Shown: positions 29,408 through 39,736, counted from the whole stretch's first letter. The stretch: DNA of 63,864 nt, filler included, from an uncultured Candidatus Sumerlaeota bacterium (GCA_964389675.1; 3 parts of 3 records of this genome joined end to end with filler, not necessarily neighbours in it), one strand, 5' to 3'. The notes: generated by a model from the letters alone, not told the origin. Numbers and translations are program-made.

Positions 29408-30566
29408 ATGAATAATAAAGACAATTCCAGACTTATTAACAGCCGATACAGGATCATACGCGACATAGGCCAGGGGAGCATAGGCATAGTCCAGCTGGTT
29501 GAAGACATCCTGATGGATAATATGAATTTTGCATTAAAAACCCTCAAGCCGGATATCCTGAAAAAAAATAAAAAGATTAAAGTAGAAAATTTTAAGAATG
29601 AGTATGAGATCATGACAAGGCTTAAACACCCTCACCTGGCAAGGGTATACGAATTCGGGGAATTCAGGGGCAATTACTATATAATAATGGAATACATTGA
29701 AGGGGTCCTTTTATCCCGTTACAATGCAGAATATAACAGGAAGATCGATATTCTTGTACAGATACTCCGGGCACTGGAATACATACACAGCAGGGATATA
29801 ATCTACAGGGACATGAAGCCGAGTAATATTATAATTTCCGGCAGTGTGGCAAAGCTTCTGGATTTTGGAATGTCTGGTTTTCTGGAACAGAAGCAGGGAA
29901 AGCTCAAAGGGACCATAGCCTATATCTCGCCAGATGAATGCAGCGGAAGGCCAAGTTTCAGCAGTGATATTTTTTCCCTCGGTATCGTTGCCTATGAATT
30001 TATTTCAGGCAAAAGATTCTATGATGACAGAATGACAGCTAATAAAATAATTGAATTACTTAATAGGCCTGAAAAATTAGAGCGGTATAAGGATAAAAAA
30101 CTGAATACCCTGGCTGAGCCTTTAAGAGCGATAATTGAGAGGATGATCTCTCCGGGCATAATCTATAAAGCATGTTCTGAGGTCATTTCAGATATAAATG
30201 AGACCCTTGGATGCAATTACAGCTATGAGACGAAAGAGACAAGTGAAAGCTATGTACTGGGAAACAGTTTCGCAAACAGAAAAACTGAGATGGAAACCCT
30301 CAAAAAACAGATCGACAGCAGTGGAAGCTTCATTATTTACAGCGGTTCTGCAGGAATTGGAAAAAGCAGGCTGTTCACAGAATTCAGGAAATACTGCAGG
30401 CTGAACAGAATACATTTTTTTGAAGCAGACTGCACTGAGGGAAAGACAAAGGATTATTCCTCTTTCGGAGATATATTATCCAGAATGATATCATATACAT
30501 CTCATGAGATGCTGGACAGGTTCGGACGCTATTTAAGGCTGATCATCAGCCATGAGAGTCTTTCAA
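29408..30566 (+). CDS. Ser/Thr protein kinase fused to an AAA/STAND-type ATPase, 3' truncated at contig end
   Basis: IGQGSIG, ALK, YRDMKPSN, DFG, DIFSLG; then FANRKTE and GSAGIGKS Walker A. Confidence 0.85.
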
Positions 30567-30666
30567 NNNNNNNNNNNNNNNNNNNNNNNNNNNNNNNNNN
30601 NNNNNNNNNNTTAATTAATTAANNNNNNNNNNNNNNNNNNNNNNNNNNNNNNNNNNNNNNNNNNNN
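30567..30666. other. Artificial contig junction
   Basis: N44-TTAATTAATTAA-N44 six-frame-stop linker; unrelated truncated genes on either side. Confidence 0.95.
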
Positions 30667-30668
30667 AA

Positions 30669-32174
30669 AAGGCAAGAAGATTGATAGTGGACGATCTAAG
30701 GGCAGGCAACCTTATAGTCTCAGAAAAGAACATAACACATCCGGTCGGCACTCATGAACGCTGCGGTACCGATGTTGAATTCCTTACAATACCGCAGTGG
30801 TTCATAAGGGTACTGGACTCAAAGGAACTTTTAATAAAATACTGCAACCAGGTGGAATGGTACCCTGATTATATGAAGTACAGGTTTATTAACTGGGTTG
30901 AAAACCTTGAGTGGGACTGGTGCATCTCGAGGCAAAGGTTCTTCGGCGTCCCGTTTCCGCTCTGGTACTGCAAAAATTGCGGGAGTGTCATACTTGCAGA
31001 TGAGGACAGGCTGCCGGTAGACCCGCTGGCATCAGACCCTGAAGGCTGCTGTCCGGACTGCGGCAGCAGTGAATTCATTCCTGAACGGGATGTCATGGAC
31101 ACCTGGGCAACATCTTCAATGACCCCAATGATCGTTTCTCAATGGCTCGAGAAAGAAGACCTGAGCTCAAAGGTATTCCCTCTGACCCTTCGCCCTCAGG
31201 CCCATGAAATTATAAGGACCTGGGCCTTCTATTCGATGGTCAAATCTGTATTCCATTTTGATTCTATTCCATGGCAGAAAGCCATGATAAGCGGTTTTGT
31301 AGTTGCAGAGAAGAAGACAAAGGAAAAAATAAGCAAAAGCAAGGGAAATGCTCCAAGTTCGCCTGAAGGGCTCCTGGATATCCATGGTGCGGATACATTA
31401 AGGTACTGGTCATGTTCAGCAAAGTTAGGGTCTGATTATACTTTCAATGAACAGGACCTTAAATCTGCAAGGAAGCTTTTGACAAAGATCTGGAATGCAT
31501 CGAAATTCTGCATAGGGCATCTGCTGGAATATAAAAGGGCCGATATATCTGCAGTTTCCTATGAAACCATTGATAAATGGATCTTCACCAGGCTTTCCAG
31601 TACAGTAAAAAAAGCTGATGAATATCTCAGGCAGTTTGAATTCGGAATTGCGAAAAATGAGATAGAAAGATTCTTCTGGAATTCCTTCTGCGACAATTAT
31701 ATTGAAATAGTAAAAGACAGGCTTTATCATCCTGAAATACACGGATCCATGCAGAAGATATCCGGCCAGAATGCCCTGTACCACACCCTGCTCTCCCTGC
31801 TTAAGCTTTTTGCGCCCTTTCTGCCGCATATAACTGAAGAGATATACCAGATATACTTCAGAAAGCAGGAGGGCAATATATCCCTGCATCTGATGGAATT
31901 TCCCTCTCCGCAGGCTTTCTCCCCTGATGAGGATGCTTTTATTTTAGGGGAATCCGCAGTCCATGCCATATCACTGATCCGAAGATTCAGGACAGAAAAC
32001 AAAATGAGCATAAAAGACGGCATTGAAAGCATAGATCTGGCCACAAGGCATAATATATCTCGCCCTGATCTTATAAGGGATATCAGGTATTCTACAAATA
32101 CATCGAATATTAATCTTGACACAGTCCCGGAGCAGGAAGAACTTGCTGTAATTAAAGATGTGAAATTAAAGTAA
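30669..32174 (+). CDS. valS: Valyl-tRNA synthetase, archaeal-type, 5' truncated
   Basis: HERCGT, QWFI, DWCISRQRFFGVPFP, DVMDTWATSS, RPQAHEIIRTWAF, KISKSKGN. Confidence 0.9.
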   Translation, partial: KARRLIVDDLRAGNLIVSEKNITHPVGTHERCGTDVEFLTIPQWFIRVLDSKELLIKYCNQVEWYPDYMKYRFINWVENLEWDWCISRQRFFGVPFPLWYCKNCGSVILADEDRLPVDPLASDPEGCCPDCGSSEFIPERDVMDTWATSSMTPMIVSQWLEKEDLSSKVFPLTLRPQAHEIIRTWAFYSMVKSVFHFDSIPWQKAMISGFVVAEKKTKEKISKSKGNAPSSPEGLLDIHGADTLRYWSCSAKLGSDYTFNEQDLKSARKLLTKIWNASKFCIGHLLEYKRADISAVSYETIDKWIFTRLSSTVKKADEYLRQFEFGIAKNEIERFFWNSFCDNYIEIVKDRLYHPEIHGSMQKISGQNALYHTLLSLLKLFAPFLPHITEEIYQIYFRKQEGNISLHLMEFPSPQAFSPDEDAFILGESAVHAISLIRRFRTENKMSIKDGIESIDLATRHNISRPDLIRDIRYSTNTSNINLDTVPEQEELAVIKDVKLK

Positions 32175-32178
32175 ACTG

Positions 32179-32206
32179 TTGAAAATATAATTTTTGGCTG
32201 TATAAT
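32179..32206 (+). promoter_or_regulatory. Sigma70-like promoter
   Basis: TTGAAA-16nt-TATAAT upstream of the TPR gene. Confidence 0.5.
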
Positions 32207-32238
32207 TATCTTAAAGCAAAGTTTAAAGGGGTTTTATT

Positions 32239-34605
32239 ATGAATATCAATGAAATAATGAGTCGAGCAATGTTCTTTTATAATAATGAAGACTTTGAAAA
32301 GACTCTAAATTTCCTTAATAAGATATTAACTGAGGACCCGAACAATTCAGAGGCAAAAGAATTTCTGACCAAGGTTAAAAAAAGGATATCACTGGAGCCT
32401 TATATCAATCATTTTTTGGAATATGCCGCAAAACTATATAATGAAGGAAGGTTCAAGGAGGCTATTGAACAGGCTGAGAAAGCTGTATCAACTGATCCTG
32501 AATCAAACAAGGCAAAGCTTTTTCTTGATAAGCTGAAGAATGAAGCAGATCATTCAAGCGGTATCGAGCCTTTTTCAGAAGACAGCTTTGCTGAGGAAAT
32601 TACTGCACCTGAGGCTGAATCTTCATTCATGTTTGGCCAGGATGAAGCAGATGATACAGCTGCCGGCGATTCAGAGCAGGTAGTGGAGCAGGACTCCATG
32701 TTTGACCAGCCTTTTCAGTTTAATATCCCTTCCCCTGAAACAGGCCAGGAAAGCCTTCAGGCTGATGACATGCAGGATGAACCGCAATATGCAAGCCAGG
32801 ATGACTTTACTTTCAGCATTGAATCTGATTCTGATGGCTCGAAACAGGATGAAGAAGAGGCGCCGTCCTCTTCAGGGCCCATTATAGCAGATGATAAAGA
32901 GCCACCGGAACCCTCTTCCCGAAAGCAGAAAGCAGAAGAAAATAAGCCCCCGGTCTTTGAGTTTCCGGATATACCAGCCGGGCAGGACAAAACAGCTGAT
33001 ACACAGCAAGAAGAGGATTTCCCGGCACCTGAAGAAACCGCTGATGCCGCTGAAAATCATCTATCCCATGAAGACTTTGACTTCGCTGAGGATAAGGCCC
33101 CATTGCCGCAGGATGACCCTTTCAGTATGCCGCAAACGGATAAACAGGACTCAAATAAGCCTGAAGGAGCAAAGGGAGAAACCGAGAAGGATATATTTGA
33201 TTTTGAGGTGGCGACAAATGACCAGGCAGGCCAGCAAAAGGCAGACATGAATATAGAAGAGGCAGAGATAGGCTTTTTCACTCAAAAGGGCCAGTCTGCT
33301 CCTGCACCTGAATCTTCATCAGTTCACACTTCAAAGGTAAAACTGCAGAGTTCTGAAGGCCTCCTTAATGAATTCCAGAGGGGCCTTGCAGTATACAAGG
33401 AATTAAATCTTAAGGAAGCACTGGATATATTTACAAAGATCCTCAGCTATGAAAAGGATTTCAAGAATGAGCTTCCAGATCTCTTTGAAGAGTCCAAACA
33501 GCTTTTTCTGGAGATAAAATCAAAGCTTAAAGATGATTCGCCTGAGGAAGAGCCGGATTTTGCAGAACCTGAGACAGACAGCTTTGGTGACATGATGATA
33601 AAAACCCAGATCAGCATTAAAAAAGGCAGTCAGTTTTCAAAAGTGAAAACATATACTATTGCATCAATTGTAATTTTAGCTGTAATTCTGCTGACATTCA
33701 TCTATCTTAAATCTACCAGCAAATCAAAGGATGCTTCAGGTACCAGCAGTACAAATTCCGATGTTGATTTCAGCCACACGCTTATTCAACAGCAGAGAGC
33801 TGAGCAGATAGAGAATCTCCTGAATCAGGCAAACCTTCTTTTTTCACAGGGCAAGGAAAAAGAGGCTCAGGAACTGCTCGATGAGTTATTTGAACTTGAC
33901 CCGGAAAACAGGAAGGCTAAAGAGATCAGGAACAGGATACTGCTGGAAGATTACCTCATAAAAGGGCAGAGCGCATATGATGTCCATAATTTCAAGGATG
34001 CCTATGAAAACTTCCAGAAGGCATATGATATAAACCCGAATATTCCGGACCTGAAACAAAAACTGGATCTCAGCAGGGAATCATACCAGAATAACGAAGC
34101 ACTCTATTCAAGGATGAACAGTTATTTTGAAATTAAGGAGAAGGGTGACCTGAATAAGACATACAGGACGCTGAAAGCCATTAAAAATGATTATCCCGAC
34201 TCTAAATTTGTCAATATTGAGTTCGAACAGATCTCAAAACAGAAACAGTTGCTGGATGACAAGGTCAAACTGGAAAAGATCGAAGAACATATGGGAGCTG
34301 CCAGGTTCCATTTTAATAACGGGCTTTACGAACTGGCAATATCAGAATACAGAAAAGCCCTCGAAATTGACCCGGGAAATGAGATAATACAGGACATGCT
34401 ATACAAGAGCTTTTACAATACAGGTATCGATGCGCTTAAGAGAAGGGATGGCAGGACAGCATACTGGGCATTCAATGAATCGCTTAAGATCCTGCCGGAT
34501 GATGAAGAATCAAAAAAACTTGCAGAATTTGCATTCAAGAACCTTGAAAAAGTTACTACCCCGAACTACAGCGATTATGTAAACAGTCTTGGAAAAAAAG
34601 AATAA
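32239..34605 (+). CDS. Bitopic TPR protein with long acidic disordered linker
   Basis: TPR motifs (DPNNSEA, DPENRKA, YRKALEIDPGN), D/E/P-rich region, single TM IASIVILAVILLTFIYL. Confidence 0.8.
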   Translation: MNINEIMSRAMFFYNNEDFEKTLNFLNKILTEDPNNSEAKEFLTKVKKRISLEPYINHFLEYAAKLYNEGRFKEAIEQAEKAVSTDPESNKAKLFLDKLKNEADHSSGIEPFSEDSFAEEITAPEAESSFMFGQDEADDTAAGDSEQVVEQDSMFDQPFQFNIPSPETGQESLQADDMQDEPQYASQDDFTFSIESDSDGSKQDEEEAPSSSGPIIADDKEPPEPSSRKQKAEENKPPVFEFPDIPAGQDKTADTQQEEDFPAPEETADAAENHLSHEDFDFAEDKAPLPQDDPFSMPQTDKQDSNKPEGAKGETEKDIFDFEVATNDQAGQQKADMNIEEAEIGFFTQKGQSAPAPESSSVHTSKVKLQSSEGLLNEFQRGLAVYKELNLKEALDIFTKILSYEKDFKNELPDLFEESKQLFLEIKSKLKDDSPEEEPDFAEPETDSFGDMMIKTQISIKKGSQFSKVKTYTIASIVILAVILLTFIYLKSTSKSKDASGTSSTNSDVDFSHTLIQQQRAEQIENLLNQANLLFSQGKEKEAQELLDELFELDPENRKAKEIRNRILLEDYLIKGQSAYDVHNFKDAYENFQKAYDINPNIPDLKQKLDLSRESYQNNEALYSRMNSYFEIKEKGDLNKTYRTLKAIKNDYPDSKFVNIEFEQISKQKQLLDDKVKLEKIEEHMGAARFHFNNGLYELAISEYRKALEIDPGNEIIQDMLYKSFYNTGIDALKRRDGRTAYWAFNESLKILPDDEESKKLAEFAFKNLEKVTTPNYSDYVNSLGKKE

Positions 34606-34609
34606 ATAA

Positions 34610-35443
34610 ATGATATCATACGGCATTTCTGACAAGGGAAGAAAACGCAATATCAACGAAGATTCCTTCTTTTTTGATTCAGATAAGGGTGTTTTCATTG
34701 TCGCTGACGGCATGGGAGGCCATCTTGCAGGAGAGGAAGCCTCAAAAATCGCCGTTGATACAATAAGCAAATTTCTCGTAAATGCATCGACAAATATAGA
34801 GAGCATAATTGAAAAGAGCATTACCACGACAAATAATATCATCCACTCCAAATCAGAGATAGACTCAAAATTCAAGGGCATGGGGACAACACTTACCTGC
34901 GCAGTTTTCAGAAATAAGAAGCTTTATGTGGGCCATGTGGGAGACAGCAGGCTGTATCAGCTCAGGGATGACAGGCTTTCTCTGCTTACAGACGATCATT
35001 CAAAAGTGTGGGAATTCTATAAGGAAGGATTGATCACCAGGGACGAAGCAAGGACGCATCCATATAAGAATGTGATCACGAGGGGGGTCGGCATAAAACC
35101 TGAAGTTGACATTGATGCTTTTACCATCAATGACCTGGAGGTCGGAGATATTTATCTACTCTGTTCTGATGGCCTGAATGATATGGTAAGCGATGAGGAG
35201 ATCCGAGATGTTCTCGCCAAGGAGAACACAGGGATTGAGGACAAAGCAGGTGAACTGATCAGGATAGCAAACAGCAACGGAGGTAAAGATAATATCACAG
35301 CAGTGCTTCTGCTTATGGAGAGAATTGACCTGATAAAAGAGGAAAATTCTGATCTGATCGAACAGATAAAAACAAGGGAACATATACTTTTTGAGAAGCA
35401 GATCAGGCTTACGATCAACAGCCCTGTAAATCATCCTTATTAG
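34610..35443 (+). CDS. PP2C-family Ser/Thr phosphatase (Stp1/PrpC-like)
   Basis: RNINED, VADGMGGH, GMGTT, HVGDSR, LCSDGL, GGKDNIT. Confidence 0.95.
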   Translation: MISYGISDKGRKRNINEDSFFFDSDKGVFIVADGMGGHLAGEEASKIAVDTISKFLVNASTNIESIIEKSITTTNNIIHSKSEIDSKFKGMGTTLTCAVFRNKKLYVGHVGDSRLYQLRDDRLSLLTDDHSKVWEFYKEGLITRDEARTHPYKNVITRGVGIKPEVDIDAFTINDLEVGDIYLLCSDGLNDMVSDEEIRDVLAKENTGIEDKAGELIRIANSNGGKDNITAVLLLMERIDLIKEENSDLIEQIKTREHILFEKQIRLTINSPVNHPY

Positions 35444-35804
35444 CAGAACCTAACAGCTGTTTCACTTTTTCCACAAGGTCATTGATAGCAAATGGCTTTG
35501 ACAGATATGCATCTGCTCCGCATTCTCTCGCCTGCTGTATCAATGCCTTATCCCTGATGCCGGAGATAATTATGACGGGAATGGCAGGAAGGTTTATTCT
35601 TACCGCTTTCACAGCATCTATTCCATTCATTTTTGGCATCTGTATATCCATTATAATAAGGTTATATCTGTTAAGCATGGTCTTCTTAAATGCTTCTGCC
35701 CCGTCTGAAGCTATATCTATGGCATACCCCTCCAGGCACAGAAACTCCGCAATCAGTTTTCTGATGTTTTCATTATCGTCAACAATAAGTATTTGCCTGC
35801 TCAT
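35415..35804 (-). CDS. Single-domain response regulator (CheY-like receiver)
   Basis: ILIVDD, MDIQMPKMNG, ISG, YLSKPF. Confidence 0.93.
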   Translation of the reverse strand: MSRQILIVDDNENIRKLIAEFLCLEGYAIDIASDGAEAFKKTMLNRYNLIIMDIQMPKMNGIDAVKAVRINLPAIPVIIISGIRDKALIQQARECGADAYLSKPFAINDLVEKVKQLLGSANKDDLQGC

Positions 35805-35816
35805 AGGGTTCTCCTT

Positions 35817-36395
35817 CTAATTGTCCATAAACTGATTTATCTTTCTTGCAATTCCCTGTACATCACATACATAGTCTATGTTTCCAGATTCTATGGCCTT
35901 CCTGGGCATGCCGAATATTGCTGAGCTTTTTTCATCCTGTGCAATTGTTATTCCGCCCATCTTCTTAATATGCGTAATGCCATCAACACCGTCCCCTGTC
36001 ATCCCGGTCATGATAATTCCCATGGTGGAATCACCGTAAAGCTCTGCTATGGATATCATTGATTTATTGATGGAAGGAGCTACAAGGTCCTCTTTATCAG
36101 GCAGGTAGAGCCTGCTTTTAACCCTGTTTCTCAAAAGCTTAAAAACTGTATGGTATCCGCCCGGACAGAAATAAATTGCATTTTCATCTATTGAGCTATA
36201 ATTATCAGCCTTCAGGACAGGAACACTGACAAGCCTCCGGACATTCTGGATAAGTACATCCGTAAATGTTTTTGGTATATGCTGTACTATTATTATAGGA
36301 TTTGATACTTTTTCAATATAGGGAAGTAATACTCTTAATGTTGGAGGACCGCCGGCGCTGATACCTATTATTACTATTCTGTCAGTCCTGTGCAT
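35817..36395 (-). CDS. cheB: CheB-type methylesterase, catalytic domain only
   Basis: GISAGG, VQHIP, PGGYH, MTGMTGDG, IAQDE..S.IFGMP; no REC domain. Confidence 0.88.
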   Translation of the reverse strand: MHRTDRIVIIGISAGGPPTLRVLLPYIEKVSNPIIIVQHIPKTFTDVLIQNVRRLVSVPVLKADNYSSIDENAIYFCPGGYHTVFKLLRNRVKSRLYLPDKEDLVAPSINKSMISIAELYGDSTMGIIMTGMTGDGVDGITHIKKMGGITIAQDEKSSAIFGMPRKAIESGNIDYVCDVQGIARKINQFMDN

Positions 36396-36930
36396 ATTCT
36401 ATATTGATAAGCTTCATTGACAATAAACCGAAGATGAACTTGCATATAGAAAATACATCAACATCCAGTTCATTTGCTATATCTGAAATCTTCTTGTACC
36501 CGTCTATCAGCTCATAGATCTGAAGCTCACCCTTTGTCAGATTCTTGATTCTAAGCTGATTGGGGTCAGGAACCTTGCTTATGACCATATTGATGCTCTT
36601 TATGTAGCGTTTTAATATTTTCCACTCGTCAAGTCTCTTGGCAATCTCCATCAGCAATGCAGTATTGTTTTTCTTAATAGTATGCTCTTCAGGCTGAGCA
36701 TCAGGATGGAAAAGAAATTCACCCTGCTCCCAGATGGCAATAGAATATAAAGCATTTTCCCCTTTTAGCATACCGTTTGTTGATGCGTGAATGATCTCAC
36801 CCTGAAAAAGGTATATTTCTCCCTGGCCATAAATGCTTTCAATTGAGAATTTACCAGATTTTCCGGTAACAGCAACAAGCTGTATGATCTCAGGAAGTTT
36901 CATTTTATCCAGTGAGCCTTGAAAAGACAT
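36382..36930 (-). CDS. DUF4388 (PATAN-like) domain protein
   Basis: MSFQGSLDKMKLPEIIQL...GEIYLFQGEIIHA...WEQGEFLF...LLMEIAKRLDEW. Confidence 0.85.
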   Translation of the reverse strand: MSFQGSLDKMKLPEIIQLVAVTGKSGKFSIESIYGQGEIYLFQGEIIHASTNGMLKGENALYSIAIWEQGEFLFHPDAQPEEHTIKKNNTALLMEIAKRLDEWKILKRYIKSINMVISKVPDPNQLRIKNLTKGELQIYELIDGYKKISDIANELDVDVFSICKFIFGLLSMKLINIEYAQD

Positions 36931-37168
36931 TTGATTCTCCTTCTTAGAGAAAGTAATTACAGATTAATTTTATTTGTTGTGAAAATATTTTTATTTTTTA
37001 TACTTCAATTGTCAAGATAATAATTATTGTTTTTGGAGATACCGTCAGGCCTGTGCCATTATATTGCCCTCAGGCTTCCTTATGTGTATATGATCTGAAG
37101 GGTTATTCTGTTTCCGGATATGAGCGGTTTTTTAGATAAAGAACCTTTGATATATATCTGGAGGGAAA

Positions 37169-37192
37169 GGCCTGATCCCGAAAGACCAGGCC
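37169..37192 (-). terminator. Terminator-like hairpin after tonB
   Basis: GGCCTGGTC-tttcgg-GATCAGGCC (one G.U pair) followed by TTT on the minus strand. Confidence 0.55.
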
Positions 37193-37208
37193 CCCTGTTA
37201 TGAAATGC

Positions 37209-37871
37209 TTAATTAAGAGTAAATGTAAAGGTAACCTGTATTTTTACGGGAACAGGCTTACCCTGGTGAATTGCAGGTTTATATTTATACCTTTTCGCAG
37301 CCTTGAGTACCTCCTGGTTGAAATACTGCTCAAATGCCCCCTTGATGCCTCTCAGTATCTGTACATCTATTACACTTCCATCAGTACCGACGGTCAGATA
37401 AGTAATGACATTACCGGAGACCCTTGCAGCCCGGGCAATTTCAGGATATTTCGGGTCTTCTCCAGATATCTTCATGGGAGGTTCGCTGACCTCATATTCC
37501 TGCATTACCTGAGCAGTAGGCATGATCTCGCCATAATCATATTCATCAAAAGCATAATCATCATAGCTTGGCTCCCAGTAGTCCTCAGGGATCTCCACTA
37601 TATCGACCTTGGGCTTATCTGGCGTAGGATCAGGAATGGGCTTGAAGACAGTTCTCTGTCTCTTGACCTGGGGCTCTTCAGGCGGAGGTGGCGGCGGAAC
37701 ATAAACCTTTACATCAAAGATTGCCTTATCATCCTTTGCAATGGCATCAGCCTGAAAGACATTCCATTGGGCAAGAAATATGACAACATGGAATATAATT
37801 GCTATATATACTGCCTTCCAGGTTCTGTTTTCATCTACTTCTTTAAGTTTCTCATATTCTTCAAAATCCAT
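37209..37871 (-). CDS. tonB: Energy transducer TonB
   Basis: N-terminal TM with His (IIFHV), poly-Pro, PKYPEIARAARVSGNV, YKYKPA...GKPVPV. Confidence 0.9.
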   Translation of the reverse strand: MDFEEYEKLKEVDENRTWKAVYIAIIFHVVIFLAQWNVFQADAIAKDDKAIFDVKVYVPPPPPPEEPQVKRQRTVFKPIPDPTPDKPKVDIVEIPEDYWEPSYDDYAFDEYDYGEIMPTAQVMQEYEVSEPPMKISGEDPKYPEIARAARVSGNVITYLTVGTDGSVIDVQILRGIKGAFEQYFNQEVLKAAKRYKYKPAIHQGKPVPVKIQVTFTFTLN

Positions 37872-37938
37872 AAGGGCACCCCCTTTTCAATTTGCTTTCT
37901 CTAATTTAAATATATAGATTGCCGCTGGATTTGTCAAC

Positions 37939-38373
37939 CTACAGCATACCCCATTCTGCAATCTCAGCTTTTGTTGGTATTGCAATATTCCTTGCTTTCA
38001 GTGTCTGGAGGATATCAAGCATTTCAACAAGCTTTCCATAAGGGACATTGTCATCAACCTGAACAATGATAAACTGATTATAGCTTGTCATTTCAAGCTT
38101 GTCCCTCACATAGTTTTTCAATGCCGGAATACTCATAAGCTCCTTGTCGACAATGTAGCCGCCTGAACTGGGAATGTGGATATGCAGGGCTTCAATTGTC
38201 TCAACCTGTGCATCCTGCCTGTCATCATCCTTTGGCAGCCTGAACTCTATCCCTTTTGTGGCAGCTATTACAGAAGTAACCATAAAGAACACTATAAGCA
38301 AAAAAGCAATGTCTGCCGTTGACGCTGTGGGTATTTCTGAATTGGGCTTTCTGCCTTTCAATCTTCTGGTCAT
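37939..38373 (-). CDS. exbD: ExbD/TolR biopolymer transport protein
   Basis: IPTASTADIAFLLIVFFMVT. Confidence 0.9.
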   Translation of the reverse strand: MTRRLKGRKPNSEIPTASTADIAFLLIVFFMVTSVIAATKGIEFRLPKDDDRQDAQVETIEALHIHIPSSGGYIVDKELMSIPALKNYVRDKLEMTSYNQFIIVQVDDNVPYGKLVEMLDILQTLKARNIAIPTKAEIAEWGML

Positions 38374-38385
38374 ATCAGCACCCCC

Positions 38386-38811
38386 TTATATCTCTTCATT
38401 TCTCTGCATCGTGAGAAGGTTAATATTGACTACCCTTGCTCTCCTCAAAGATTCCATAACATCATTAATATAAATATATTTTGTATCAGTATCCGCTTTT
38501 ATTATGAAATGCTTTGCAGGGTCCGACACTACGATCTGGCTCGCCATTGCAGCAAGGTCCACATTAAGGATCTCCCTGCTCATCTCTTCACCAGATGTAA
38601 AATGCAGTCTTCCGTTTTTCTCTACAGCAACTAAGGCCGCATCCCTTGGTACATCCACACGATTAAAGGAAATAGGCAGAGATACATTTGTTTTGTCAAC
38701 ACTGAAAGTAGTTGTTACCATGAAAAATATGATCAGCAAAAAGGCTATGTCTGCCATAGATGCACTGGGGATATAAGCATCTACTTTTTGTTTCCTTTTT
38801 ACTTTTATCAT
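38386..38811 (-). CDS. exbD: ExbD/TolR biopolymer transport protein (second copy)
   Basis: IPSASMADIAFLLIIFFMVT, IKAD. Confidence 0.9.
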   Translation of the reverse strand: MIKVKRKQKVDAYIPSASMADIAFLLIIFFMVTTTFSVDKTNVSLPISFNRVDVPRDAALVAVEKNGRLHFTSGEEMSREILNVDLAAMASQIVVSDPAKHFIIKADTDTKYIYINDVMESLRRARVVNINLLTMQRNEEI

Positions 38812-39722
38812 GTCAGATCCCTTCTGATTGTCCCCTTTGGAGCTTGTGCACTCTGTGATTCCTTCTGCTTCAGTTCGATCTCATGCAGCAGGTCCAGAAG
38901 AATATTTGAACTTTCTTCCATCTCCAGTGTATACCTTGCCACTTTACCGGTAAAATAGTTATATGCAGCCAGCATGGGGATAGCGATAGCAAGACCTGTA
39001 GCTGTGGTGATAAGTGCTTCTGATATACCTCCTGCTACGGCACCCGGGTCTGTCAGGCCCTGTTTTGCGATAACATCAAAGGATGCGATCATACCTGAAA
39101 CAGTACCCAAAAATCCAAGAAGAGGAGAAATATTTGCAACAGATGCAAGAACAGCAAGCCCTCTCTCAAGCCTGCTTGCTTCAACAACTGCTGAAGTGGC
39201 AACAGCGTTTTCTACAATTTCCCTTCCTCTGCCATATTTCAGCAACCCGGCTTTGACAACGGCTGCAATAGGGCTTTTCTGGCTTTCGCAGAGCTTTATG
39301 GCAGCCCTTACATCACCTTTCTGAATCCTTGTTTTAACTCCTATGGTAAATTCAGCAGTGTTCATCTTTACAGAATGGTATGCCCATAGCCTTTCAATTA
39401 TAAATATAACACCTATAACTGATGCCAGAAGCAATGGCCACATGAACGGCCCGCCCTTCTTAAAGAAGTCCAGGATAGGCCCGCCTGTCCACCATTCTTT
39501 TTCTCCGACAACTTCAAGTTCCTCAGTCAGTTCTTCAGCAAATGGATCATATTCGGTAGCTTCTTCTGTGGTTTCTTCTCCTATGGCTTCTGTATCCTCT
39601 GTTAATGTTGTTTCTTCAGTAACTTCACCCTCAGTAACAGAAGCATCTTCATCCTGGCAGTATAATGCAGGTGAAAATATCAAGAATGCTAAGACCAAAA
39701 AGATAAGAATGTGTTTTCTCAA
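38808..39722 (-). CDS. exbB: ExbB/TolQ/MotA proton channel protein with signal peptide and acidic N-terminal extension
   Basis: SPLLGFLGTVSGMI, GISEALITTATGL; TTG start with AGGAGG RBS. Confidence 0.92.
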   Translation of the reverse strand: MRKHILIFLVLAFLIFSPALYCQDEDASVTEGEVTEETTLTEDTEAIGEETTEEATEYDPFAEELTEELEVVGEKEWWTGGPILDFFKKGGPFMWPLLLASVIGVIFIIERLWAYHSVKMNTAEFTIGVKTRIQKGDVRAAIKLCESQKSPIAAVVKAGLLKYGRGREIVENAVATSAVVEASRLERGLAVLASVANISPLLGFLGTVSGMIASFDVIAKQGLTDPGAVAGGISEALITTATGLAIAIPMLAAYNYFTGKVARYTLEMEESSNILLDLLHEIELKQKESQSAQAPKGTIRRDLT

Positions 39723-39736
39723 AGTCTTTCCTCCTT

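Noticed and set aside
30611-30622. TTAATTAATTAA palindrome as a biological site
   Set aside because: Synthetic linker flanked by Ns and repeated identically at 61213-61224
35415-36930. Complete chemotaxis operon
   Set aside because: No cheA, cheW, cheR or MCP in the window
37200-37904. 234-aa plus-strand ORF, and similar shadow ORFs such as 13475..14134, 39343..39891, 47547..48107 and 53396..53950
   Set aside because: Antisense to well-supported genes, with no motifs or RBS
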